A stretch of 62,861 nt of DNA, filler included, from Octopus bimaculoides (Eukaryota), in the NCBI RefSeq assembly GCF_001194135.2. It is 5 parts of 5 records of this genome, joined end to end, with 100 filler letters (N's around TTAATTAATTAA, not from the genome) between each part and the next. Parts side by side here need not be neighbours in the genome. Positions count along the whole stretch, not along the records: positions 23,897 to 39,181 come from NC_068992.1; 4 more parts are not named here. One strand, 5' to 3'. Of this stretch, positions 26,547 through 38,785 are shown piece after piece. The position numbers and the translations under genes are program-made. The notes below the pieces were generated by a model. The model was not told the DNA's origin and searched no databases. It worked only from the letters and a program-made list of their open reading frames with translations. Within the stretch, counting starts at the first letter, position 1. Every line of letters begins with the position of its first letter.

Positions 26547-28224
26547 TTACGATAAATTAATTAAAAGTGTTTTCTCCTAAAAATTCAATCTAATTATACC
26601 TAAAGAAAAAGATACATAAAACAACCCTCAACGTCAACACTTCAAAAACCTAATAGAATATTTTAAATATGTTTTCACCGAAAAAATAAAAAAATACCAG
26701 CCCCCACCACACACAAACACATGCGCATACACACACACANNNNNNNNNNNNNNNNNNNNNNNNNNNNNNNNNNNNNNNNNNNNNNNNNNNNNNNNNNNNN
26801 NNNNNNNNNNNNNNNNNNNNNNNNNNNNNNNNNNNNNNNNNNNNNNNNNNNNNNNNNNNNNNNNNNNNNNNNNNNNNNNNNNNNNNNNNNNNNNNNNNNN
26901 NNNNNNNNNNNNNNNNNNNNNNNNNNNNNNNNNNNNNNNNNNNNNNNNNNNNNNNNNNNNNNNNNNNNNNNNNNNNNNNNNNNNNNNNNNNNNNNNNNNN
27001 NNNNNNNNNNNNNNNNNNNNNNNNNNNNNNNNNNNNNNNNNNNNNNNNNNNNNNNNNNNNNNNNNNNNNNNNNNNNNNNNNNNNNNNNNNNNNNNNNNNN
27101 NNNNNNNNNNNNNNNNNNNNNNNNNNNNNNNNNNNNNNNNNNNNNNNNNNNNNNNNNNNNNNNNNNNNNNNNNNNNNNNNNNNNNNNNNNNNNNNNNNNN
27201 NNNNNNNNNNNNNNNNNNNNNNNNNNNNNNNNNNNNNNNNNNNNNNNNNNNNNNNNNNNNNNNNNNNNNNNNNNNNNNNNNNNNNNNNNNNNNNNNNNNN
27301 NNNNNNNNNNNNNNNNNNNNNNNNNNNNNNNNNNNNNAAAAATACCACTCAAGTTTAATATGGATAGGGGTAACTAATGGATTTGTTGAAATAAAATTCT
27401 CCACATCCCCCAATCAGGAAACAATTTCAATACCTTAGGCTTGCCATTGCCCCGTGGTAATGCTGCGAGCCTGCTGGCTGGCTTCAGTAGGTTCCATTGA
27501 AACTTATGGTGTGCGACCAAATGTAGCACTTCATGCTGCATTGATATTTCTTTTGTCTCTCTCTTTCTCTTTCTTTCTCTCTTCTCTTTATCTTTTTTAT
27601 CTTGATTTTATTGTTTTCTTTGTCTTTCTTTTGTAAAACCTTATATTAAGGAAAAATAAGAATAAGAGATATTTTTTCATACAATAAATTTGATAGTAAT
27701 AAATAATAAATTCATTCCTGCAGCAGCTAGTGAGAACACCAGATGCTGTTTGATCTTGGGATGACTTTTTGTCTCCCTCTGATATACAGTGTTTTTAAAC
27801 AGTGCCTCCATAAGAGATTTTTCTTGAATAAAAACTGCAGCAACTGGCCTATCACCAGTGTATATACATTAAGTATGATAAATTGAAGGTTTATGTGTGT
27901 GAAATTTGAAACTAAACAACACCATTTGTTTTAAATTTCAAGGAAGTGATTTAGCTAATACTTTCAAATGCAAATAAATATGATTATTCACTTCATATGT
28001 CAAACAAAATATATTTCTCTACAAAAGATAAAGAACTGAAATTGTCCAACACTAATAAATTGTTTGTTTCTTTTTCTTAAATGTTGTCTTAAATAATTTA
28101 AAGAAATTACTTAAATGCATGAATTGTTGTTGTTGGCACTCCGACCCCATGGTTTGAATGAAACATTGGCTTTTTTTAACATCTTCAATGTTAACAACAA
28201 AAGTTTTGTTATGTATATATCTGC

Positions 28225-28328
28225 CAAATCAGATTGGAGCCTGGTGTAGCCATCTGGATCACCAGTCCTCAGTCAAATCGTCCAACCCATGCTAGCATGG
28301 AAAGCGGTTGTTAAACGATGATGATGAT
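28225..28328 (+). mobile_element. RTE LINE 3' terminus
   Basis: Reverse complement of 3748-3870, ending in (GAT)n. Confidence 0.8.
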
Positions 28329-28939
28329 ATCTATAAACCCAAGCATGTTTATTTTTCTGNNNNNNNNNNNNNNNNNNNNNNNNNNNNNNNNNNNNNNNNN
28401 NNNNNNNNNNNNNNNNNNNNNNNNNNNNNNNNNNNNNNNNNNNNNNNNNNNNNNNNNNNNNNNNNNNNNNNNNNNNNNNNNNNNNNNNNNNNNNNNNNNN
28501 NNNNNNNNNNNNNNNNNNNNNNNNNNNNNNNNNNNNNNNNNNNNNNNNNNNNNNNNNNNNNNNNNNNNNNNNNNNNNNNNNNNNNNNNNNNNNNNNNNNN
28601 NNNNNNNNNNNNNNNNNNNNNNNNNNNNNNNNNNNNNNNNNNNNNNNNNNNNNNNNNNNNNNNNNNNNNNNNNNNNNNNNNNNNNNNNNNNNNNNNNNNN
28701 NNNNNNNNNNNNNNNNNNNNNNNNNNNNNNNTATATATATATATATTGAGAGAGAGAGAAAGAGTAAAAATTATTTGCCAGAATAATGTGGCAGTCCTGG
28801 TTAGGAAGAATGTGACTGCTATTTAGACCCAGTAAACACTGTCTCCAGCTAGCTATCAACACACTATCTGCATCCTTATATTTTCAAACAAGGGAGTTTA
28901 GTGTCTCCACTCAGCTCTAAAGCAATATTTGCGTGCTGA

Positions 28940-29155
28940 TGAAGGTGGTGAGCTGGCAGAAACGTTAGCATGCCGGGGAAAATGCTTAGCGGTATTTCGT
29001 CTGTATTTACGTTCTGAGTTCAAATTCCACCGAGGTCGACTTTGCCGTTCATCCTTTCGGGGAGGATAAATTAAGTACCAGTTGCATACTGGGGTCAATC
29101 TAATTGACTGGCCCCTTCCCCCAAAATTTTAGGCCTTGTGCTTAGAGTAGAAACA
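28940..29155 (+). mobile_element. tRNA-derived SINE
   Basis: Same family as 15178. Confidence 0.8.
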
Positions 29156-29295
29156 AATATCCATGTACCCATGGTTTCTGGGTTATTTCCCCCCATCAGC
29201 ACAGAATAACTGCTCAGCTAGAGACAGTGACACTAAATTCTTGTTTGAAATATATATTTTTCAAAGTGATGCATGGTCACGGATCTTATAAATGG

Positions 29296-29607
29296 GAAAA
29301 ATATTACTTCTAAATCTCTGAATGAGAAACATTCAGTCACAGTACTTTAGAGTAAAGATTATTTGCCAACATAATGTGGCAGTCCGGGTTAGGACGAATG
29401 TTACTGTTATTTAGCCCCAGGAAACATCGTGCTAAACAAGGATGAAGATAGTGCATCAATAGCCAGCTGGAGACTATGTTTCCTGAAGCTAAATAACAGT
29501 AACATTCATCCTCATCAGGACTGACACATTATGTTGGCAAATAATCTTTACTCTAGAGTAACGTTACTAAGTCTTTCTCATTCAGAGATTTGGAAATAAT
29601 AGTTTTC
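29296..29607. repeat. Imperfect inverted repeat (arms 29296-29427 and 29476-29607)
   Basis: For example 'agagtaaagattatttgccaacataatgtg' versus 'cacattatgttggcaaataatctttactct'. A third copy lies at about 28752-28860. Confidence 0.85.
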
Positions 29608-31388
29608 TGTGTATTTATATATATATATATATATATNNNNNNNNNNNNNNNNNNNNNNNNNNNNNNNNNNNNNNNNNNNNNNNNNNNNNNNNNNNNNNNN
29701 NNNNNNNNNNNNNNNNNNNNNNNNNNNNNNNNNNNNGACAAAAGAAAGAAAAAGAAAACAAAGGAATACTAAGGATTGTTTTTGAAATTTTAAAATTCTG
29801 TTTGTTACTTTAAAGAACTTCCTGCTCTCAGTTACTATTCAAGTGAATTACACATAGACACATATGTCCATATACACATATATGTATATACAAATATATG
29901 CATTTATGCATAACACACACACATACACACACACATACATACACACACATACACACACATACACACACACGACACACACACATGTAATTAAAGCTGTACC
30001 AATACACTAAAATTAGACGCACACATGCACATACAATCTTGTTGACAAATCATATTACATCTCACTTTAGATCCAAGCCCAAAATTTTTTAGGAGTGGAT
30101 TAGATGTAGCTGTGTAGCACATACACATTGATTCTACACTCTTCATTAGAATTAGTTTATCAAACCAACGAAAGAACTAACAAGCAAACTGACCGCAACA
30201 AGATTTGAAATCAGAATATAAAGGATCAAAATTTAAAAAAAAAAACCATTTAGCTTGACGCTGTATTGATTCAGAGCAGTCACTGATTTGTGAAAATCAC
30301 ATTTTCAATTAACCAGTAAGTTTTGGTTTCTTATTTCCTCTACTTGTTTGTTTTTATCTTTTATCTTTCACTTGCTTCATTCATTAAACTGTAGAACATG
30401 CTGGGGCACAACCTTGAAGGGTTCAGGAGTTCTCAGCCATTTTTTTATCTACAGACCCCTTTCATTACTATTTTATTCTGGTTGACCCCCATCTCATTAC
30501 TATTCNNNNNNNNNNTATCTACAGACCCCTTTCATTACTATTTTATTCTGGTTGACCCCCATCTCATTACTATTCAATGTTCAAAAACTAGTTTTATAGA
30601 AACTTCTTTTACAAATTCCTATTTTGTTTTTCACACATTAACTTGAATAGGTTGAACCATATAAAATGTTAGAGAAAAACCACCCAGCTATTTCTTGCAA
30701 TACATAACAATACATACATCTAAAGCAAAATTTTTTCAGGGGCCTTTAAAATAGTATTGTGTTTCATCAGGAGTTAATTTTGCTAAAAACCAGTTTTGTG
30801 AGAATGGAGAGAGTTAATAAGCCTATTGAAGAAAGTTACACATTAGAATATTTAAACTGAAATCTCAACTCAAATGGTACTGTTAAGTTAATTATGACCA
30901 ACTCACTGAATCTGTCTAAAGTAGTGGTTGCTGCTTTGGTTTTACCTCCAAATCAACCCTATCTGGCAAAACTATGATCAAAAGGCATTCTCAGTGATAA
31001 TCTCAGTTTTCCCTACAAACATAGTGCCCCTAAGACTACTCTAACAAAAAAACCATCATTTTTTTAAAAGTGGTAATATTTGGATTATATTTCTAGCAGA
31101 TCATTTATGTAAAGCAACTGGCAGTGCTAAGTGGCCTGATTGTATAAGATTATTTGAGTAAATAATGTGTATAGTTAAGTACGGTTAAATATAAGAAACT
31201 ATTGGCACACGCAGTTTTAAATGAGAGCGTTTGATAAAAAAAGATTACTATAATCTAATCTATCAATTTTATTGTACTATAATTTTGATGGCCCATTACA
31301 CACTCTAGTTCGTGGGAGCCCACAAAGATAATCCTCCTCCTCCTCCTCGTCCTCCTCCTCCTCGTCCTCCTCGTCCTCGTCCTCCTCC

Positions 31389-31920
31389 TCCTCATCATCA
31401 TCATTTAATGTCTGCTTGGTTGGACAGTTTGACTGAAAACTGGTAAGCCAGGGGGCTGCATGAGGTTCCAATCTGATGTGGCAAGGTTTCTATAGCTGGA
31501 TGCCCTTCCTAATGCCAACCACTCCGAGAGTGTAGTGTGTGATTTTTTTACGTGCCAACAGCATGGGTGCCATTGACCTGGCACCAGCATCAGTCGCGAC
31601 TATGGTCTCACTTGGCTTGACAGGTCTACACAAAAGTCATGGTCGCCTGTCACTGCCTCCATGAGGCCTAACGCTCGGATGGTGCTTTGTACGTGCCACT
31701 GGCACGAGTGCCTGTTAGATGGCACTAACATCGGCTATGACCGTGATTTCACTTGGTTCAACAGGTCTTCACAAGCACAGCAAATCACCCAATGATTGAA
31801 GGGTGCTTTTAATGGGCTAGTTGCACTGGCATCAGCCACAACTATGATCTCACTTGGCTTAATGTCACTGCTTCCATGAGGCCCAATGCTCAAATGGTGC
31901 CTTTTACATTCACAGGCATG
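31389..31920 (-). mobile_element. RTE LINE 3' end, degenerate
   Basis: Homologous to 3750-4500 ('ctggatgcccttcctaatgccaacca'), with an (ATG)n tail. Confidence 0.8.
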
Positions 31921-32099
31921 TTTTCTATTTGTAGCCACTCTTAATTCTAGATTCACTGCTCCAATGAATTTTCATGTTTAAAATTATAAAATGATTTCTT
32001 AAAGAAATTTTTTTAAAAAGTGGAATGTGGGCTGCAATTGCTTAAATCTTGACAAGTGTATTATTTTATAAAATAAGAAAGGATAAAAAGACATATTTG

Positions 32100-32240
32100 A
32101 CCTGTACAGGTAAAATTCATCTGTGTCTTACACAAGTTCAGCTTTGTGGGTTTTGGAATGGGTTTAAATTTTAACCCATTTTCCAAGAGTTTAATTTCTT
32201 CTTTAGATAATATTTGTAATGGGAAATTTTGAGTAACTGT
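32100..32240 (-). mobile_element. Penelope-like RT N-terminal fragment
   Basis: 'LSKEEIKLLENGLKFKPIPKP' resembles the PLE motif LS..E..LL.KGL.F.P. Confidence 0.5.
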
Positions 32241-32316
32241 TCTGACTTTCAATAAAAAGTGATATATTTTCTCTATTTTCAAAAAGTCATTCAAATATTT
32301 TGTTTACTTTCAGATT

Positions 32317-32362
32317 ATGAATTGCATTTTCATTTTACTTTGTCTCCTGCAAATAGTTTACA
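32317..32362 (+). CDS. PLAT-like secreted protein gene, coding exon 1 (signal peptide)
   Basis: tttactttcag|ATT-ATG...TAC A|gtaagt encodes MNCIFILLCLLQIVY and ends in phase 1. Confidence 0.7.
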
Positions 32363-33019
32363 GTAAGTATTCTAACCTATAACTTCCTTCATGAATTCTT
32401 AAAATAATAATTTTCATCTCATCAAAACATATTTATATATATATANNNNNNNNNNNNNNNNNNNNNNNNNNNNNNNNNNNNNNNNNNNNNNNNNNNNNNN
32501 NNNNNNNNNNNNNNNNNNNNNNNNNNNNNNNNNNNNNNNNNNNNNNNNNNNNNNNNNNNNNNNNNNNNNNNNNNNNNNNNNNNNNNNNNNNNNNNNNNNN
32601 NNNNNNNNNNNNNNNNNNNNNNNNNNNNNNNNNNNNNNNNNNNNNNNNNNNNNNNNNNNNNNNNNNNNNNNNNNNNNNNNNNNNNNNNNNNNNNNNNNNN
32701 NNNNNNNNNNNNNAATAGCATAATACTACAGTTAATAACAACCATTGACATGAAAGATACAACTAATATTCAGAAAATCTTTGAACTAATATTGATTTTT
32801 AATTTTGATTTCTAATATTGGCACAAGGCCAGCAATTTTGGTAGAGAGTATATGTCCATTTCATTGAACCCAGTATTCAACTGGTACTTATTTTGTTGAC
32901 CCTGAAAGGATGAATGGCAAAGTCGACCTTGGCAGTCTTTTGAATAATATCAATTTTTCATCTAATGAATTTAAGTTTTTTTGTCCAATTTCTGACACTA
33001 ATTATCAATAATTCTTTAG

Positions 33020-33091
33020 GCTCCGTGGATCAGAATAAACATGCCCAGAGTGCAAAAGATCTACAAATACAGAACTATCCAATGCCAAAAG
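33020..33091 (+). CDS. PLAT-like secreted protein gene, exon 2
   Basis: tctttag|...AAAG|gtatg; 72 nt, phase 1-1; (S)SVDQNKHAQSAKDLQIQNYPMPK(G). Confidence 0.7.
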
Positions 33092-33289
33092 GTATGTTTT
33101 AGAATAATATATGTTTTAAGTATATTTGCAGTGTGCTACCAAATCAAATATTGTTTATTTTTTTTAATCTTGTGCTATCATCTGCTTCAATCTTAGCAAA
33201 ATATTAATAAACATCTGGTTACATCAGATTCAGGAAATTACATTTCCATTGTTTTCCCAAAATTGCAGTTACTGTCTCTGCAGTGATTC

Positions 33290-33490
33290 CTTATGGGCCA
33301 GGGGCTTTCCCTGTCATCATACTCTTAATTGCTTTATCTACCATGATACTGTCAACTCGGATAGCTGGTCCCTCTGTTGGGTCAACATTCGGCAGACTCT
33401 CTTTCTTCCATTCATTCTCTTTATTGAGCAATCTTTTGTAGTGGCATCTCCAAACCACTTTCTTTGCAGCCTCATTTAGTACAAGTGCAC
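33290..33490 (-). mobile_element. RTE LINE internal fragment
   Basis: 'WRCHYKRLLNKENEWKKESLPNVDPTEG' is nearly the same as ORF 6006-6242. Confidence 0.85.
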
Positions 33491-33723
33491 CACACAGCCA
33501 CACCTGCACCTATGCTATTTATATATTAGATATATATATATATGAACAAATGAGCATGTGCATTTTTTGCAATGATTTGATAAGCGGTGGCGAGTTTTAC
33601 AGTTCTGTAAATAATAATAATATTTTATAAGCTTAAAGCTTATAAGCGATCACTGTGTTTTGACTAAAGAAAATAGTCTATTATTGTGGCACAGAAACCC
33701 GCGACGGAAAAAAGTAGGTTTTC

Positions 33724-33789
33724 CATATGCGTGGGACTCGAACCCACATCTCTATTTTTTCATGGTATGTGTGCTGTCATTTACACTAA
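33724..33789 (-). other. tRNA-like (Pol III) head, probably a SINE remnant
   Basis: GTTAGTGTAAATG...GTGGGTTCGAGTCCCAC contains a T-arm/B-box. No complete cloverleaf is present. Confidence 0.45.
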
Positions 33790-33994
33790 CATACCCATTC
33801 AATTCTTCCTGTCAGATTTAAGAACTATAATTTCATAGTGTTGTTTTTAATAAACAAACGAGAATGTGCATTTTCTGAAATGATTTGATAAGTAGTTCTG
33901 AGTTTTACAATTCTATAATTTTGATAAGTAGTTCTGAGTTTTACAATTCTATAAATAATAATATTTTATAAGCTTAAAGCTTATAAGCTATCAC

Positions 33995-34235
33995 CTGTAT
34001 TGGTTTGTTCATGTTCCTGTAATATAGCGGTTTGGCAAAAGAGATTGATATAATAAGTACCAGGTTTTAAACAAGGTTTGTTCATGTTTCTTTAACATAG
34101 CGGTTTGGCAAAAGCGTTCGATACAATAAGTACCAGGCTTTAAACAATAAGTACTGGAGTCGATTTGTTCAACTAAAATCCTTTGAGGCGGTGCCCCAGA
34201 ATGGCCGTAGTTCAATGACTGAAAGAAGTAAAAAA
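33995..34235 (+). mobile_element. SINE 3' portion, duplicated at 37380-37562
   Basis: Same family as 13232; part of the tandemly duplicated gene segment. Confidence 0.7.
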
Positions 34236-34307
34236 CGGTGTACAAACAGTATTATTACAAACAGTCAATCTATGCAATAAACATTATCTCATTGTGCTTT
34301 GTTTCAG

Positions 34308-34564
34308 GTTACTGCTGGAGAATCACATTTTATATTTCAAGGAAACTTTTGTCTGGAACCTCAAACTATATCACTGTTCAATTAATCAATGATGAAACAC
34401 GAGTTTTCTCAAATAGATTACCCTGTTCAGATAAATGTGAAAGGGGATCTCAACCAAGCTTTTATTTTTGCACTCCACAAATTGATCCAGTAAAAGAAGT
34501 AAAATTAAATGAAACGGTAAAACATTTCTGGAATGGATTGACATCTGTTTGGAGATTGGAAAGC
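34308..34564 (+). CDS. PLAT-like gene exon A1
   Basis: gtttcag|GT TAC...GAA AGC|gtaagt; 257 nt, phase 1-0. Encodes YCWRITFYISRKLLSGTSNYITVQL...KCERGSQPSFYF...VKEVKL...WRLES, which resembles PLAT/LH2 (GT...V.+.L; ERG....F; W.L+.V). Confidence 0.8.
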
Positions 34565-34626
34565 GTAAGTATTTGGATAGAATTCTCATTTTTAATCCGT
34601 GTGTGTGTGTGTGTGTGTATGTGTGG

Positions 34627-34700
<74 letters not shown>

Positions 34701-34834
34701 ATGTGCGTGATTTTGCAGCATTATCATGTTACTCAAAAGGTCCTGTTTTCGATTCAGGTAATAACATATCAGTATCTAACTCCTTCTCTTACGGCTTTCA
34801 ATTCAGGTAAAGAAACAGGTACATAAATATAAGG

Positions 34835-35925
34835 ATATGAAAATATCTCCTTTTAATGTAGAACATAATCAACTAAAGTAACACCTGTTGGCACAAACAG
34901 AGTTAAGCTATCAACAGATATATTTCAGTGTGATAATCTTTTTATCTGTAATACTGTTTGTATTAGCAGTGAATCCCTTGTCAGCACTGTTAACAAAATG
35001 TGAAGGCTACATGCTGAGATATACAGGAAAGAATAAAGTTAATGTCATCCACACATTTTTTGTTGATGACGTAAAGTGTAATATGATCAGCATCAAGAGA
35101 CAATTAGAACTACACGAGATAAAGGAATGGAGTTAAGCTAGATAAATGCTTATACATGATAGTCAATCGAGGAAAGATTGTTGACCAGACACAGAACATG
35201 AACATCAACAGCTTGTCATCTCCCCAATTTCTAATGATAAAATCTACAATTACCTCGGAATCGATGAGAATGTTGCATACGTTGGTGCGGTGACTAAAGC
35301 CGGTAAAGCAACAGAATACTTCTGTAGACTCCCGAAAATATGGGATGTCTGCATTTAACCATATCTCACAATGCTTTTGCAGTACAATTGCTAATACCAA
35401 TATTTGAGATATTGGATTGGATACTTGATGAGATACACAGTCTGGATATGAAAACCAGAAAGGTACTGACCACCCCTGGCAACTTCCATATTAACAACGA
35501 CACCGATAGGATATATGTGAGATGAAATGATGGCAGTAGAGGCATAAGGTCAATCCAAAAACCCTTTGGAATTCGCATTGTATCACTCAGACAACACCAG
35601 CTGAACAGTAAAGAAAGAAATGAGTACGTTCCATGCATACTCAAAAGGGAGAGCAACAACATTGTCAGAGTGGTAGAACTACTGAGTAGGTGCTCTGAGA
35701 ATACAGCTATCTTATGCAACAACCCAATGGAGACTGGACTGGCCAACTTAAACAGAAGCTTGAAGGAGAAGCAGGTATCATACCAGCAAAAAGCAATGCA
35801 TGGGTACATATCCCATAAGATAGAGAGCAACAACAGTATTGACAGGAAGAGCAGTCTCTCCTGGGCCCACAATAGATACATTACAACCCAGATACTCCTT
35901 TGTGCTGATTTCAAGCTAGATTCAA
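34835..35925 (+). mobile_element. R4/Dong-type LINE RT fragment, degraded
   Basis: 'LFVLAVNPLS', 'HTFFVDDVK', 'YNYLGIDE', 'LDMKTRKVLT...DRIYV...RGI'. Confidence 0.75.
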
Positions 35926-35929
35926 TGAA

Positions 35930-36300
35930 TTGAGAATCCATGACACTTCCATCATTCGCCATGGCTCCAGGTACCAACACAAAGGCAGAAATTTTAGTCT
36001 CAAACACAGTAGGGATGTCAGAAGAGTTATATGCAATTACTCGAGAATTTCTGCGATTCACCTCAGCATCCACAGTGAACTTCTTCTCAACCACAAACAT
36101 GAGAGTTTTTAAGGCACCTTGATGCTTGACGAATGACAGAAGCTTTGAGCATCTCTTAGCTCTGATTGCTTTGCCCTTGGCTGTTAGTAGGTGACGGTGT
36201 CGTCGAACACGGCTAGTCATGCCAAGGTTCCTGTTCACAGCTCAGATCACCGTGGAAAGGGACACATTGCATTTCATTGAAAGAGTTGTCATGGATGTGA
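35930..36300 (-). mobile_element. maT/mariner-like transposase fragment
   Basis: 'EKKFTVDAEVNRRNSRVIA...PTVFETK...VLVPGAMANDG' resembles DEK.F.V...N.QN.R...VMVWG. Confidence 0.6.
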
Positions 36301-36369
36301 ATGGGTTGGGTTCAGTCCAGCGTGTGTTACATGCAACGTGCTTTACATTTTTATTTCATTTCTTTGCAG

Positions 36370-36463
36370 ATTGATTTGATGAACTTGAATACTTCAGCTA
36401 ATTATAGATGCACACTCGATAACCCTGATGCCGACGAAAAAGGCTGTAAACTAAATCCCACAG
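36370..36463 (+). CDS. PLAT-like gene exon B1
   Basis: tctttgcag|ATT...ACA G|gtaaat; 94 nt, phase 0-1; IDLMNLNTSANYRCTLDNPDADEKGCKLNPT. Confidence 0.75.
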
Positions 36464-36526
36464 GTAAATTATAACATATGTCTATGTAGTTAATGAGCTA
36501 TACACATAGACAAATATATATATATT

Positions 36527-36846
36527 ATAATTATACCATATGTTACATATAAAATCATACCTTGATACTGTGTGGGCTAAAATCCCTGTTGACAGGCCGC
36601 TGATATTTATAGGGTGTTAAACACTTTATGTATGCAAATTAGAGACTCCTTGATAGAGTAACTGCTGCATTTGTTGAGTATATAAACAGTTTGGCTGCTT
36701 GTTTCTCTGGAGACTGTCAGAATGATGCAGATGCCTCTGATGAGAACCCAACAAGGTTCGAAAATTGATTAAAGCTATTCATTAATTTTTATCAATCTGC
36801 AGAGAAGTGGCTAAAATTTGCCCTGTTCATAATTATACCATATGTT
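36527..36846 (+). mobile_element. PLE pLTR-like insertion bounded by 18-bp direct repeats, with a degenerate hammerhead at 36733-36775
   Basis: ATAATTATACCATATGTT occurs at 36527-36544 and 36829-36846. The insert is absent from the paralogous intron at 38880-38931. Motif: CUGAUGA-GAACC-CAACAA-GGUUC-GAAA. Confidence 0.6.
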
Positions 36847-36856
36847 CTGTACACAG

Positions 36857-36915
36857 AAAGAGAAGGAGAAATCATTACCAATCCAAACAAGTATTTGTGT
36901 AGAAGAAATGAATGA
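36857..36915 (+). CDS. PLAT-like gene putative terminal exon C1
   Basis: ctgtacacag|AA AGA...GAA TGA; phase 1; (E)REGEIITNPNKYLCRRNE*. The stop and Cys are conserved in C2. Confidence 0.45.
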
Positions 36916-37318
36916 GGTTAAAAAATAGACTGTCAATGGAGATAGTACAAATATACAATGAGCTATTTTCAGGTTCTATCTACCAAATCCACTCACAATG
37001 CTTTCATCAGTTCGGTGTTATAATAGAAGACACTTGTCCAAGGTGCTGTGAATAGGATGGAATGCAAACCCACATGGTTTGGAAGTAAGCTTCACAACTA
37101 CACAGACATACCTGTGCCTCAAAAATATTTATTAAGTAGTTTTAAATATGGACGCAAATGTGGCTATGTAGTAGGAAGTTTACTTTTCCAGCACACACAT
37201 GATTCTGAGTTCAATCCTACTGCTTGACACCTAGGGCAAATGTCTTTTACCATAGCCTCAGGCCAACCAAAGCTTTGTGGGTAGATTTAACGAAGATGCC
37301 CATCCTATATGTATATGT

Positions 37319-37350
<32 letters not shown>

Positions 37351-37634
37351 CTTTGCATTTGTGTTTGCCTCACAATCACTACCTGACCACCAGTATTGGT
37401 TTGTTCACATTCCTGTAACATAGCAGTTTGACAAAAGAGATTGATATAATAAATACCAGGTTTTAAGCAATAAGTACTGGAGTCGATTCGTTCAACTAAA
37501 ATCCTTCGAGGCGGTGCCCCAGCATGGCCGTAGTTCAATGACTGAAAGAAGTAAAAGATAAAATGTATACAAACAGTATTATTACAAGCAGTCAATCTAT
37601 GCAATAAACATTATCTCATTGTGCTTTGTTTCAG

Positions 37635-37891
37635 GTTACTGCTGGAGAATCAAATTCTATATTTCAAGGAAACTTTTGTCTGGAACCTCAAACTATATCA
37701 CTGTTCAATTAATCAATGATGAAACACGTGTTTTCTCAAATAGATTATCTTGTGCAAAAAAATGTAAAAGGGGATCTCAACCAAGCTTTTATTTTTGCAC
37801 TCCACAAATTGATCCAGTAAAAGAATTACAATTAAATGAAACGGTAAAAAATTTCTGGAAGGGATTTGTATCTGGTTGGACATTGGAAAGT
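37635..37891 (+). CDS. PLAT-like gene exon A2 (duplicate of A1)
   Basis: Same splice sites and length as A1; 19 nt differences; no stop codons. Confidence 0.8.
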
Positions 37892-38552
37892 GTAAGTATT
37901 TGGATAGAATTCTCATTTTTAATCCATGTGTGTGTGTGTTTTAGTGTGACTCTGTAAGTGAGGTTGTGAGTTCGCTTCCGGAACTTGGCTGTGCGTTGTA
38001 TTCTTGAGCAAGACACTTTATTTCACGTTGCTCCAGTTCACTCAGCTGCAGAAATGAGTTGTGACATCTCTGATGCCAATGGAAGATACACAAGAGGTGA
38101 GAACACAACCTGCATGGAGGATCATAGAGCAGCAGAGGTCCTCTGTAAAGGGGAGCAGACAATGCAAGCTTTGCATAGCAGTGCAAGCAAGGATCCTTAA
38201 AGACTTGCTGGGCTTGCAGTCTCTCTTATACACAAGACATGAGGTCTATAGTCCATGCCCCCATTTTAAATGCTACCTGCTGCAGGTGTGGGATATCTAG
38301 TTTTATGATTAGGGCTGTAAAAAGTATTTGCAGACCGGAATCAACCTAAGGGCAGAGGTTGCCTGTTCATCCTTTAAATCCATAAGATCTTCCAACCAGA
38401 CCTGTCAATGGGTGATAACCTATCTCGTTTACAGGTCAGACAGTGTACTTACTGCTCTAAATTTTAGAGTGTGCTTCTTTTTAGGATATATGATCCACTC
38501 ACTATATATATATCATCATCATCATCGTCGTCGTCCATCTCTCTATCTCTCT

Positions 38553-38715
38553 TGGCTGTGTGGTAAGCAGCTTGCTTACCAGTCACATGGTTCCGGGTTC
38601 AGTTCCACTGCGTGGCATCTTAGGCAAATGTCTTCTACTATAGCCTCGGGCCGACCNNNNNNNNNNCAGCATGGCCGCAGTCAAATGACTGAAACAAGTT
38701 AAAGAGTAAAGAGTA
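38553..38715 (+). mobile_element. tRNA-derived SINE, second family (gap inside)
   Basis: 'ggctgtgtggtaagcagcttgc...ggttccgggttcagttccactgcgtggca'. Related copies at 37160-37290 (+) and 24650-24730 (-). Confidence 0.7.
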
Positions 38716-38785
38716 AAGAGTATATGTTTGTGTGCATGTGTGTTAAATGCAACATGCTTTACATATTTGTTTCACTTTTTTGCAG

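Noticed and set aside
27690-27870. Minus-strand frame 'YTGDRPVAAVFIQEKSLMEALF' resembling a C2H2 linker or kinase piece
   Set aside because: No Cys/His spacing, a stop immediately upstream, and no acceptor.
29490-29525. CUGAUGA in the right arm of the inverted repeat
   Set aside because: Sister copies read ctggttag/cgggttag here, and there is no stem II; a chance mutation.
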